A stretch of DNA of 15,162 nucleotides from an uncultured Thermoplasmatales archaeon. Its GTDB lineage: Archaea; Thermoplasmatota; E2; UBA202; DSCA01. The first letter of the stretch is position 1; each line of letters opens with the position of its first letter. The notes under the pieces were generated by a model that made no database searches, was not told the origin of the DNA, and was given only the letters and a program-made list of their open reading frames with translations. A program made the position numbers and the translations under genes. The DNA lies in assembly GCA_964514975.1 (NCBI GenBank), contig CAZESS010000031.1, positions 1-15,162 of the forward strand, given 5' to 3'. Positions 7,396 to 15,162 of this stretch are shown piece by piece.

Positions 7396-7432
7396 ACCCG
7401 GCAGCCGTTGATACATGGAGCGGAAGATATAG

Positions 7433-8176
7433 ATGAAAAAATCCCTTGTCATCGCGCTGGTCCTGTGTTGCATGACGCTGCAGCCGGCATACGGAAACCC
7501 CGTGCCGGGGTCCGACCAGGGTGGAACCCCTGCCGTGGATGGCGACACCCCGGTCATCCTGCAGTACGAAAACGTCACCTACATTATCGACAAAGCGCAC
7601 AGGGCGAACGTTACGGCTGTCTACCGCCTGACAAATCCGACCGACATGGAGCTCAACCTCAGCATCATGCTGCCGTTCCGTGAGCGCATGCCGGACGACC
7701 TCGCCATCCGGCGGGACAACATCTCCGTGAACCACACAGGTATACCCTCCAACCATTCTTTTTCGCCGGCGGCGCGCTTCTCTTGCCATATCCCGGCCAA
7801 CGGGACATGCGAGATATCCGCCGCGTATTCGCTCCGGATAGCCGAGGTCATCCACGACGTGGTCACCTACCGCTACGAGTGTACCTACATCGCCGAGACC
7901 GGCCAGCACTGGAACGGCAGCATCGATGAGGCGAGGTATACCTTCAGGGTGGCGAAGGACCTCTACGCCCATGGGCTGTCCGGCTTCAATGTCACCGAGA
8001 CACCACGCTACATGGTCGCCCGGGTATCCTTCCACAACTGGACGGCCGACCGGGACATCGTGGCAGCATGGTACAACGTCAACGCCTACGGCAAGGCGCT
8101 GCTCATCGTCGTCCCCGTCGTTTTCATCGTCGCCGCGGTGCTCGTCATCCGTGCCGTACGGAGGAAAACCAGGTAA
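7433..8176 (+). CDS. Secreted, C-terminally membrane-anchored probable glycoprotein (DUF4424-like)
   Basis: Signal peptide MKKSLVIALVLCCMTLQPAYG; C-terminal TM helix plus basic tail RAVRRKTR; YIAETGQHWNGSI resembles the DUF4424 motif as I recall it; 10 N-X-S/T sequons. Confidence 0.8.
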   Translation: MKKSLVIALVLCCMTLQPAYGNPVPGSDQGGTPAVDGDTPVILQYENVTYIIDKAHRANVTAVYRLTNPTDMELNLSIMLPFRERMPDDLAIRRDNISVNHTGIPSNHSFSPAARFSCHIPANGTCEISAAYSLRIAEVIHDVVTYRYECTYIAETGQHWNGSIDEARYTFRVAKDLYAHGLSGFNVTETPRYMVARVSFHNWTADRDIVAAWYNVNAYGKALLIVVPVVFIVAAVLVIRAVRRKTR

Positions 8177-8221
8177 CGCAATCCCGATAGATTCTTATGG
8201 CCGGCTCGTATTGGAGCATGT

Positions 8222-8686
8222 ATGCGATGTGAACTCTGCGGAAAGGAAACCCAGCAGCCCAGGCGGGTGATGATCGAGGGGAGCGAGATGCAGGTCTGCG
8301 ACGCCTGCGCCGGCTACGGGACGCCGGTGGAGGAAAAAAAGCGGGCTGCGCCGGTCACCGCGAAAACCCGCCGGGTGGAGCCCTACTCGGGCAAGGACCC
8401 CTTCGCCGACATGGACACCGAGCTCATAGACGGCTGGGGGAAACAGATCATGCAGGCCCGGCAGCAGCAGGACATGAGCCGCGAGCAGCTCGGCTCGCTG
8501 ATAGAGGAAAAAACCACGACCGTGGCGAAGATAGAAAACGAGGAGCTTCGGCCCTCCGATGAGACGGCGAAACATATCGAGCGGGCGCTCGACATCTCGC
8601 TGTTCGAAAAGGTATCCAAGGGCGTCACCCAGAAAAAAGATGTGCGCGGGCTCACCATCGGAGACCTGCTGAAACAGGATGAATGA
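8222..8686 (+). CDS. mbf1: Archaeal multiprotein bridging factor aMBF1 (Zn ribbon + HTH)
   Basis: CELCG...IEGSEMQVCDAC Zn ribbon, Cro-like HTH (ARQQQDMSREQLG...KIENEELRP), C-terminal LTIGD. Confidence 0.93.
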   Translation: MRCELCGKETQQPRRVMIEGSEMQVCDACAGYGTPVEEKKRAAPVTAKTRRVEPYSGKDPFADMDTELIDGWGKQIMQARQQQDMSREQLGSLIEEKTTTVAKIENEELRPSDETAKHIERALDISLFEKVSKGVTQKKDVRGLTIGDLLKQDE

Positions 8687-9257
8687 CGTGGCCGAAGCGA
8701 TGGATGTCATCCGGCGGGGCGGCCTCGTGGTGTATCCCACGGACACGCTCTACGGGCTCGGAGCGGACGTGTACAACGAACAGGCAGTCGAGCGGGTCTA
8801 CCGGATAAAACGGCGCCCACATGAGATGCCATTGCCCGTCGCCGTCGGCAGCGTCGACGACATCGATACCGTTGCGGTCATGAACGACATGGCATGGACG
8901 CTCGCCAGGGCGCTGCTCCCCGGGGCGCTCACAATGGTGCTCTCCAAACGGGATACGGTATCAGACCGGGTCGCCGGTGACACCATCGCCGTCCGGGTGC
9001 CCGATCATCCCGTGGCGCGGGAGCTCTGCAGGACTGCGGGGGCGATTACGGCGACGAGCGCCAACCGGCACGGCCGAATGGCGCCATCAACGGTCGAGAA
9101 AGCGCGGGAGCAACTGGGCAACGCCGTAGACCTGTATCTCGACGGTGAAGAGCTGCCAGGTGTACCGTCGACGGTGGTGGCAATTACCCTGAAAGGCGTT
9201 ACCGTTATACGTGAGGGCGCCGTTTCGGAGGAACGATTGCATGACATCATCCATTGA
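8679..9257 (+). CDS. tsaC: L-threonylcarbamoyladenylate synthase (YrdC domain only; TsaC-type, no SUA5 domain)
   Basis: VVYPTDTLYGLG, IKRRP, PGALT, AVRVPDHP, TSAN, PSTVV, IREGA motifs; 192 aa, ending right after the YrdC domain. Confidence 0.92.
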   Translation: MNDVAEAMDVIRRGGLVVYPTDTLYGLGADVYNEQAVERVYRIKRRPHEMPLPVAVGSVDDIDTVAVMNDMAWTLARALLPGALTMVLSKRDTVSDRVAGDTIAVRVPDHPVARELCRTAGAITATSANRHGRMAPSTVEKAREQLGNAVDLYLDGEELPGVPSTVVAITLKGVTVIREGAVSEERLHDIIH

Positions 9258-10134
9258 AAAATACCGGAAGGCTGGACATGTCGTCGGCACCGCGCTGCAG
9301 GCCGGCGCTGCCATGGTCGACGAAAACGTGGCATATCTCGAGGTAGCCGAGCGGATGGAGGACATGATATGCGAGGAGGCGGCAATGGCGTTCCCGGTCA
9401 ACGTGTCGGTCAACGAGGTAGCAGCGCATTACACGCCCGAGCCCGGCGATGAACGATGCTTCAAGACGGGTGACCTGGTGAAGCTCGACGCCGGCGCGCA
9501 CGTGGACGGCTACATCGGCGATGCCGCGGTGACCGTGTCGGTGGGTGACGGCCACGGGGAGCTCATCGAGACGGCACAACTGGCGCTCAGGGCAGCAATT
9601 GACATGGTGCGGGCCGGTGTGACCATCTCGGAGCTCGGGCGGTGCATCGAGGACGTCATCACCTCACGGGGCTTCCGGCCGGTTGAAAACCTGCAGGGTC
9701 ATTCGCTCGAGCGGTACAGTCTCCATGCCGGGCTGTCGATTCCTAGCGTCGCAAATGATAACACCCGGCGGTTGCGCGAGGGCGAGGTCATCGCCATCGA
9801 GCCCTTCGCCACCGATGGCGCAGGCCGGGTGGTCAACGGGGACAACGGCAACATCTACCACATGGTCGGGCGGGGGCGGGGGAAAACCGCGCGGGCTATC
9901 CGGCAGCGTTTCAACGGCCTGCCGTTCGCCAGCCGGTGGATGACAGATATCATGCCCGAGCGGCGCATCAATCTGTCGCTGGCGTTTCTGGAACGCCGGC
10001 GCGTCGTCCGGCCCTACAGCATGCTGGTGGAGACAGCCGATGGCATGGTGGCGCAGGCGGAGCATACCCTGCTGGTGACCGATGGCGGCTGCGAGGTGCT
10101 CACCGTTCCGGAGGATGTCCATGGCGCGGCATGA
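9241..10134 (+). CDS. map: Methionine aminopeptidase type II (297 aa)
   Basis: AFPVNVSVNEVAAHYTP, KLDAGAHVDGYIGD, GHS, HAG, AIEPF, AQAEHT metal-binding motifs plus the type II insert; start at ATG 9241. Confidence 0.96.
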   Translation: MTSSIEKYRKAGHVVGTALQAGAAMVDENVAYLEVAERMEDMICEEAAMAFPVNVSVNEVAAHYTPEPGDERCFKTGDLVKLDAGAHVDGYIGDAAVTVSVGDGHGELIETAQLALRAAIDMVRAGVTISELGRCIEDVITSRGFRPVENLQGHSLERYSLHAGLSIPSVANDNTRRLREGEVIAIEPFATDGAGRVVNGDNGNIYHMVGRGRGKTARAIRQRFNGLPFASRWMTDIMPERRINLSLAFLERRRVVRPYSMLVETADGMVAQAEHTLLVTDGGCEVLTVPEDVHGAA

Positions 10135-10369
10135 CAAGGTTATCCTGGAGCTTTTGCTGCTGCTCCTGGCCTTCATGGCGCTGTACGTCTTCGCCCCCGA
10201 CATCATTCCCCTGCTGGAGGCGGCGCAGGACACCGCTTCGGCGAAGCCGGTCGCCGCGTTTTTTCTGTTCCTGAAGCTGGTGATGGAGCTGTTCGCCAAC
10301 CTTATCTCTCTGGTGTTGCTGTATGTCATCGCCGGGGGCATCGTCATCCTGAACGGCCGGCGTGACTGA
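10121..10369 (+). CDS. Small hypothetical membrane protein (82 aa, 2-3 TM segments)
   Basis: ATG 10121 preceded by GGAGG; strongly hydrophobic; overlaps the end of map by 14 nt; GC-rich third codon positions. Confidence 0.7.
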   Translation: MARHDKVILELLLLLLAFMALYVFAPDIIPLLEAAQDTASAKPVAAFFLFLKLVMELFANLISLVLLYVIAGGIVILNGRRD

Positions 10370-10389
10370 TCGGCAGCGGTATCGGTGGC

Positions 10390-10397
10390 TATAAATA
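10390..10397 (+). promoter_or_regulatory. TATA box for the 10418 gene
   Basis: TATAAATA ending 20 nt before ATG 10418, embedded in the palindrome GGCTAT-AA-ATAGCC (10387-10400). Confidence 0.7.
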
Positions 10398-10417
10398 GCC
10401 GGTGACGATAAACAGCT

Positions 10418-10669
10418 ATGGAAGAAAAAATCGGCGAGGTGGAGCACTACTTCACAGATATTAGCGTCGCTGCCATCAAAATAACCGGTGGCACGCTACG
10501 GGTGGGCGACACCATCCACATCGTTGGTGCAACGACCGATTTTTCCCAGCCGGTGAACTCGATGGAGATCGACCGCACGTCGGTGGAAGAGGTGTCCACG
10601 GGTGACGAGGTCGGCATCAGGACCACCGGGCGTGTCAGAGAGGGCGACACCGTCTACCGGGTTTCCTAG
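10418..10669 (+). CDS. Stand-alone translation-factor beta-barrel (EF-Tu domain II-like / U32 peptidase C-terminal-like) protein
   Basis: IGEVEHYF..ISVAAI, LRVGDTIHIVG.TTDF.Q.V.SMEI, GDEVGI...RVREGD.VY pattern; 83 aa. Confidence 0.8.
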   Translation: MEEKIGEVEHYFTDISVAAIKITGGTLRVGDTIHIVGATTDFSQPVNSMEIDRTSVEEVSTGDEVGIRTTGRVREGDTVYRVS

Positions 10670-12306
10670 CCGCCGGAGATAACGTCGTACCAGTCCCCGT
10701 TGAGCATCACCGCGAAGGTAATGTTGCCCGTGAGCTCGATGGAGCCCGACAGGTCAAAGCTCGGCGGCCAGACCGTCCACGCAGCCCTGAACATGTCGGC
10801 GCGGAGCAGCGAGGCCATCAGCCGGAGGCCGACCGTGTCATCGATGGTGAAATTGAGGGAATATGTGCTCAGCCATTCGTCGCCGGTGTCAACGTTTACG
10901 TGTCCGTCGTTTTCGATACGCCAGTCCATGGACAGCGACGTTGTCCGGAGCCATGCATCGGTTTCCAGGCGAACGGCGTCTTTTTTCCACCAAAACTGGA
11001 CGTGTTGCCCCGCAGTTGCCGTGTCCATCTGCAGGGAGCCATCCCGGTCGATGTCCCAGCCGAGCGACAGGTCGGTGGTCATATTCGACACCGCGAAATA
11101 CAGGTCGGGGTCATCGATGTCGTCAGCCAGGATTAGCTTTGTTCGCGAGGCGGTTGTGCTCACGTTGACATGGCCACCCCGGAGCCGGGGCGTCCATCTC
11201 GCCTGGAACATCGTCGGAAGATACCGGACCTGCATAATACCCATCAGGTTCAGCCGGTCCATCCTGACGGTCAACGTCACGTTGAACTCGCTGCTACTCT
11301 CATATACGAGGCTGCCGGTGTTACCCGACAGAGCATAGCCGAGCGAAAACGCCATCTCCGCCGGCAGCGCATCGATGGTAAACGTGATGTCGGTTCCCCT
11401 GCCGTTGACCTCTCCCTGGTAGCCGAGCGTGATGACGGTGTCCCGCGAGGCGCTCCGCGACAGCGACAGATCGAGGCGACCATCGTCGAGATGCGGTGTG
11501 AGCATCGCCGTTGCCGCCACCGCCGGGGCGTAGGTGATCTGTGCGGCATGGTGATGCGTGTCCCCGCGGAACGTGGCGCCATATGCGGCATGGAGCGTGA
11601 CGTCGCCGGGGGCGCCGTCGAAGCTCGGTGCATGTGTCACCGCGAACACCGGCGCATGGTCATAGAAAACGTAGGGGGCGACGGTGAAAATTATCTGCTC
11701 GCGCTCCGGAATCGTGTCGCCATCGTCCGAGCTGTAGCCGAGACGGATGGTGTGCTCGCCGTATCCGAGGGCGTCGAGCGACAGATGCAGATAGAGCTCA
11801 ATATCGAATGCCTCCTGCCCGGGCATGTCGCCCAGCCGCTCGACCTCGAGCACCGACGACAGCGCGAGCACCCAGCCGACATCCTGCTGTCCAATGTCCG
11901 GAAACGGGAAAAAGCGCACCCTGAAATCGTTGCCGTTTTCCCCTGTTTCGTCGTTGTTATCGGCGTTTATCGGCTGCAAAACGGCGTCGAGCAGCGACAT
12001 GTTCTTCTCCACGCCGGCATAGGTGGTATGCACATATGCCCGGACCAGCCGGGGCGCCAGCGACAGCCCGCCCGTATCTCCGTCGGGGAGCGAGCGCTGT
12101 CTGTCACGCAGTTCTGCATGCGATGAGGGTGCCTGATAGCTGCGATGCTCCATCGATAACTGCCTGGTGTGCCCGTCGGACGGGGATTCTGTCCCGGCAT
12201 CCGTGTCCCGTATCTGCCCGGAGATATCCGGCGAAAAAACGCCGCCGGCAGCGCAGATGGAAAGAAGCAGCAGACAGCCAACCGCGACCGCCAATCCAGA
12301 TTTCAT
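10666..12306 (-). CDS. Large secreted or surface hypothetical protein (546 aa, beta-rich)
   Basis: Long ORF with signal peptide MKSGLAVAVGCLLLLSICAA, its own TATA box, alternating beta-strand patterns and many Trp/Asp/Thr; no family recognised. Confidence 0.8.
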   Translation of the reverse strand: MKSGLAVAVGCLLLLSICAAGGVFSPDISGQIRDTDAGTESPSDGHTRQLSMEHRSYQAPSSHAELRDRQRSLPDGDTGGLSLAPRLVRAYVHTTYAGVEKNMSLLDAVLQPINADNNDETGENGNDFRVRFFPFPDIGQQDVGWVLALSSVLEVERLGDMPGQEAFDIELYLHLSLDALGYGEHTIRLGYSSDDGDTIPEREQIIFTVAPYVFYDHAPVFAVTHAPSFDGAPGDVTLHAAYGATFRGDTHHHAAQITYAPAVAATAMLTPHLDDGRLDLSLSRSASRDTVITLGYQGEVNGRGTDITFTIDALPAEMAFSLGYALSGNTGSLVYESSSEFNVTLTVRMDRLNLMGIMQVRYLPTMFQARWTPRLRGGHVNVSTTASRTKLILADDIDDPDLYFAVSNMTTDLSLGWDIDRDGSLQMDTATAGQHVQFWWKKDAVRLETDAWLRTTSLSMDWRIENDGHVNVDTGDEWLSTYSLNFTIDDTVGLRLMASLLRADMFRAAWTVWPPSFDLSGSIELTGNITFAVMLNGDWYDVISGG

Positions 12307-12327
12307 AATAAAATATTAGTTGCCTTC

Positions 12328-12335
12328 TATTTATA
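12328..12335 (-). promoter_or_regulatory. TATA box for the 546-aa gene
   Basis: Minus strand CAAAC-TATAAATA ending 21 nt before ATG 12306. Confidence 0.7.
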
Positions 12336-12378
12336 GTTTGTCCATCCCCCAACGGCAGGCATAGAGGTAGGACATCTA

Positions 12379-12909
12379 TCACCGGTTCATGGCATCGAGA
12401 GCCTGCTGGACCACATCCCGGGGCGGCAGGTCGGTGGTGTCGATGACCAGGTCGTAGATGGACAGGTCGTCAAGGTCGATGTCATAAAAGGTGCGGTATC
12501 GCTTTTTTTCGCTCTGCTCCCTCTCCTGCATCTCCCGGCATACCTGGCCTACAGGGTCGCCTTCACGCTCAGCGATGCGCCTGGCCCGCTCGCTGGCATT
12601 GCAGGTCAGCCAGAGCTTGAAACAGGGGATGTGGTTCCGGTGGGCGATCCAGCCGGCGAGCCGTCCCTCGAGGATGACGTTCCCGGCCATCAGGATGACT
12701 TTTTGCTTCTGGTCGAGCGACCGGTCGACCTCGGGATGGTTCTCGCAGTAGGCGCCAAACTCAGCCAGGGACATATCTCGCTCGCGAGCCATCTCCCGGA
12801 ACAGGTCACCCGAATACACATAGGGTATATCGAGCTGTTCGTGCAGCCGCCTGGCCGTGGTGGTCGTACCGCTCCCGGGGAGGCCGCCGATGGTGATGCT
12901 ATCCGGCAT
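12379..12909 (-). CDS. cmk: Cytidylate kinase, archaeal type
   Basis: ITIGGLPGSGTTT P-loop, G..FREMA.ER.MSL.EF, EGRLAGW, RE.SE..RY..FYDID..DLSIYDLVIDT; conserved position after DUF106. Confidence 0.95.
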   Translation of the reverse strand: MPDSITIGGLPGSGTTTTARRLHEQLDIPYVYSGDLFREMARERDMSLAEFGAYCENHPEVDRSLDQKQKVILMAGNVILEGRLAGWIAHRNHIPCFKLWLTCNASERARRIAEREGDPVGQVCREMQEREQSEKKRYRTFYDIDLDDLSIYDLVIDTTDLPPRDVVQQALDAMNR

Positions 12910-13537
12910 GCGATGCCCGCCACTCGGACCAGGATATCAGTTTGAAGGCATGCTGGATGATCTGGGTCAGCGGGATGGACAGCAGCATGTACAGGAGAAT
13001 CCAGTTGGGGAATATCACGGTCTTGTCGAGCAGGCTGACATGCATCGCCCAGGGAACATCGAAATAGTAGTGCGAGGTGCCCGTCAAAAAATCCCATATC
13101 CATGTCCAGATGGGGATGAATATGAGCAGCGTTATCGGCATGATTTTCATCTGGCTGCTGGAGACCTCGCCCTGTTTTTTCATCAGCTTCGGCTGCAGCT
13201 TCTCGAGTTTCTTGGTCTTGTAGGTGTTATTGTCCAGACGGGCCTGCCGGTATTCCTTCTGGAACTTGGACATCACCTGCTGATTTTTCGCCATCTCAAC
13301 CCAGTCCATGCTGACATGGCGGATGGCCGCCGAGACGAACAGCGCGATCGAGCCTGTGATAAAAATGGTCAGCACCGGAAAGGCATGATTGAAGCCGAAC
13401 AGCGGTGAAAACACCGTGCCGACGGCGTTACCCAGCGATGACCGTAGATTCTGGTCGAACATGACGAACATCGCCACCATGAGCAGTACGAAGAATGGTA
13501 GCGACGACGACTTTCCACCGGATGATCCCTGAGCCAT
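12899..13537 (-). CDS. DUF106 / EMC3-TMCO1 (Oxa1 superfamily) membrane insertase
   Basis: TM helix, then charged coiled coil (DWVEMAKNQQVMSKFQKEYRQAR...KKLEKLQ), MKIMPIT..IFIPIW.W and P.WI..Y...S motifs; lies between secY and cmk; SD GGAAGTGA. Confidence 0.92.
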   Translation of the reverse strand: MAQGSSGGKSSSLPFFVLLMVAMFVMFDQNLRSSLGNAVGTVFSPLFGFNHAFPVLTIFITGSIALFVSAAIRHVSMDWVEMAKNQQVMSKFQKEYRQARLDNNTYKTKKLEKLQPKLMKKQGEVSSSQMKIMPITLLIFIPIWTWIWDFLTGTSHYYFDVPWAMHVSLLDKTVIFPNWILLYMLLSIPLTQIIQHAFKLISWSEWRASHAG

Positions 13538-13600
13538 GCTATCACTTCCTACGATGGCAACCCGTCAGGGCTTTTAACTGTTTGGCCTGCCGGCACATCG

Positions 13601-15142
13601 TCACTCAACTCCCAGGAACTTACGGAGCACCGGATGCATTTCCATAGCCTGCTCTCGCGCGATCTGCTCATACAACTGTATGACGATGCCTACGGCTAAC
13701 AGCACCCCTGTCCCACTCGTATTGCCGACCGTGCCTATCAGGTTGGCAAACAGTGCCAGCGACGCCACAATGATGGAGCTCAGAACGGTCAGCGCGGGAA
13801 TGTACCGCTTGAGCACCTTCTTCAGGATGCGCGGGTCGCGCCGGAAGCCGGGTATCTGCATGCCGCTGTCCTCTATCTGGCTGGCAACGGCTTCAGGCCC
13901 CATGTTCGTGGTCTCAACCCAGAATTTACCGAAAAAGATGGTTCCAACAATGAAAATGGCGCCGTAGATGACAATCCGGAGAATCATCTGCCAGGGCTCA
14001 TGCCCTGCAAGGGCCTGCGAATACTTCTGATCTATCATGGGGAACAGCCACGTGTGCAGCCCCCGTGGCGAGTTGAGATACCAGGCGGCCCCCGCCACAG
14101 GCTCCGTCGACCCAGCCAGGTATTTGCCGAGCCACCACTGCCCGCCGAGTAACGGAAAGTTCTGCAATTTCGTATAGAGCAGCAGGGCGAACATGTTGAT
14201 GTTGGCCATCAACGCCGATATAAGAATGACAGGAAGAACCGACGTATAGACGAGTTTGAGCGGATAGCGACCGCGGGCGCCTCGCACCCGTGCATGGGTC
14301 AGCGGTAGCTCAACGCGCGACGACTGCGCATAGACAACGAAGAAGAAGATAACTGCGGTGGCAAGAAAGGCGATAACAGGATTTGGCGGTGAGATGAATA
14401 TGGTTTCGAAGCCGCCGCCGATGAGGTCACCCAGCGACATCTCCGAGGCGAGATAGGCGGTCTTCGGCAGCACGCCCGCAGGTGGATTATTCACGCTCAA
14501 CGCTGCCGCGGTGTCCTGCGGCAGCCAGTTGAACGTCCCGGTGATGATGGCCTCGGAAACGCCGGCCGCGATGAACAACGACACGCCGGAGCCGATACCC
14601 CATTTGGAAATCGTCTCGTCCATCCAGAAAATCAGGAAACCGCCCATGAAGAGCTGCGCGACGATGACGGCGCTGGCCGCCGGGCCGCCCAGCGACGCCT
14701 CAAGCGAGGCGCTCGGTGACAGATAGCCGAAAACCTGGGGGATGGCCTCCACCAGAATCATGATCATGACCAGGATTTTCTGGACGCCCTGGAAGAGCGA
14801 CTTGTCCTTGGGGTCCTGCAAATCGAGGTTGATAATGTTGGCTCCAACGAAGAGCTGAAGGATGATGGAGGCGGTCACGATGGGTCCGATACCCAGATGC
14901 ACGACCGAGCCGCTGGCTCCGGCGATGATGGCACGGTAGCCGGCGAAAATGTCGAGCTGCTCCGGAGCAACACCGTAGAGCAGCACCTGCGTCAGGACGA
15001 AGTAGATAATCAGACAGGTGGCCGTCCACAGGAGCTTTTTCCGGAAATGAACATGGCCCTTCGGTTTTTTGATGGCGGGCCACCGCTCGACGATTGGCTT
15101 CAATGCATACAGCCTGCTCTTTTTGTTGGAGTCCTTTGCCAT
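13601..15142 (-). CDS. secY: Preprotein translocase subunit SecY (Sec61alpha), archaeal
   Basis: LGIGPIVTASIILQL, DETISKWGIGSGVSLFIAAGV, YPLKLVYTSVLP, GMQIPGFRRDP, RYIP, SGTGVLLAVGI...YEQIA.E. Confidence 0.98.
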   Translation of the reverse strand: MAKDSNKKSRLYALKPIVERWPAIKKPKGHVHFRKKLLWTATCLIIYFVLTQVLLYGVAPEQLDIFAGYRAIIAGASGSVVHLGIGPIVTASIILQLFVGANIINLDLQDPKDKSLFQGVQKILVMIMILVEAIPQVFGYLSPSASLEASLGGPAASAVIVAQLFMGGFLIFWMDETISKWGIGSGVSLFIAAGVSEAIITGTFNWLPQDTAAALSVNNPPAGVLPKTAYLASEMSLGDLIGGGFETIFISPPNPVIAFLATAVIFFFVVYAQSSRVELPLTHARVRGARGRYPLKLVYTSVLPVILISALMANINMFALLLYTKLQNFPLLGGQWWLGKYLAGSTEPVAGAAWYLNSPRGLHTWLFPMIDQKYSQALAGHEPWQMILRIVIYGAIFIVGTIFFGKFWVETTNMGPEAVASQIEDSGMQIPGFRRDPRILKKVLKRYIPALTVLSSIIVASLALFANLIGTVGNTSGTGVLLAVGIVIQLYEQIAREQAMEMHPVLRKFLGVE

Positions 15143-15150
15143 GCGGTTTA

Positions 15151-15159
15151 CACCTCTTA
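15151..15159 (-). promoter_or_regulatory. Shine-Dalgarno site of secY directly after a probable upstream stop codon
   Basis: Minus strand GAG-TAA-GAGGTG, 8 nt before ATG 15142; the upstream gene is usually uL15 but is outside the window. Confidence 0.65.
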
Positions 15160-15162
15160 CTC

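Noticed and set aside
7430-7432. Genome-wide pyrrolysine (TAG) read-through
   Set aside because: TAG ends ABCE1 at its normal C-terminus and both genes at 10666-10669; no pyl genes or internal TAG in conserved genes in this window.
3290-13967. Long antisense or overlapping ORFs (e.g. 3290-3988, 4328-5140, 6871-7578, 7307-8035, 9664-10347, 11170-12126, 12857-13408)
   Set aside because: They lie opposite well-supported genes; stop-poor shadow frames are expected at this GC content and codon bias.
1-15162. CRISPR array, tRNA, rRNA, intact transposase/integrase or defence system
   Set aside because: No periodic direct repeats, cloverleaf or rRNA-like segment, and no nuclease or recombinase motifs seen; intergenic gaps are short.

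Overview
Archaeal (euryarchaeal, probably Thermoplasmatota-like; lineage is an inference) chromosomal window with two compositionally distinct parts. Bases 1-~2045 are a lower-GC accessory block: a minus-strand operon PadR regulator > atypical Cys/Met cupin > two DUF318/ArsP-like permease halves, both halves broken (one +1 frameshift, one in-frame TGA), ending near a 20-bp inverted repeat whose arms resemble IS3/IS481-type ends. Immediately to the right, in host-like high GC and opposite orientation, lies a third broken copy of the same permease followed by a second cupin. The remainder is core genome: purP; a PRC-barrel (CdpB2-like) - ADP-forming acyl-CoA synthetase alpha - ABCE1/RLI operon; a sequon-rich membrane-anchored protein; aMBF1 - short TsaC/Sua5 - type II MetAP - small membrane protein; a stand-alone EF-Tu-domain-II-like protein; a large secreted hypothetical protein; and the tail of the spc operon (secY - DUF106/Oxa1-like - cmk) without adk. 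No rRNA, tRNA, CRISPR array or intact transposase was seen. The best candidate for an under-described system is the PadR/cupin/split-permease module, but all three permease copies look inactivated. Family calls come from recognising motifs by eye, not from database searches.
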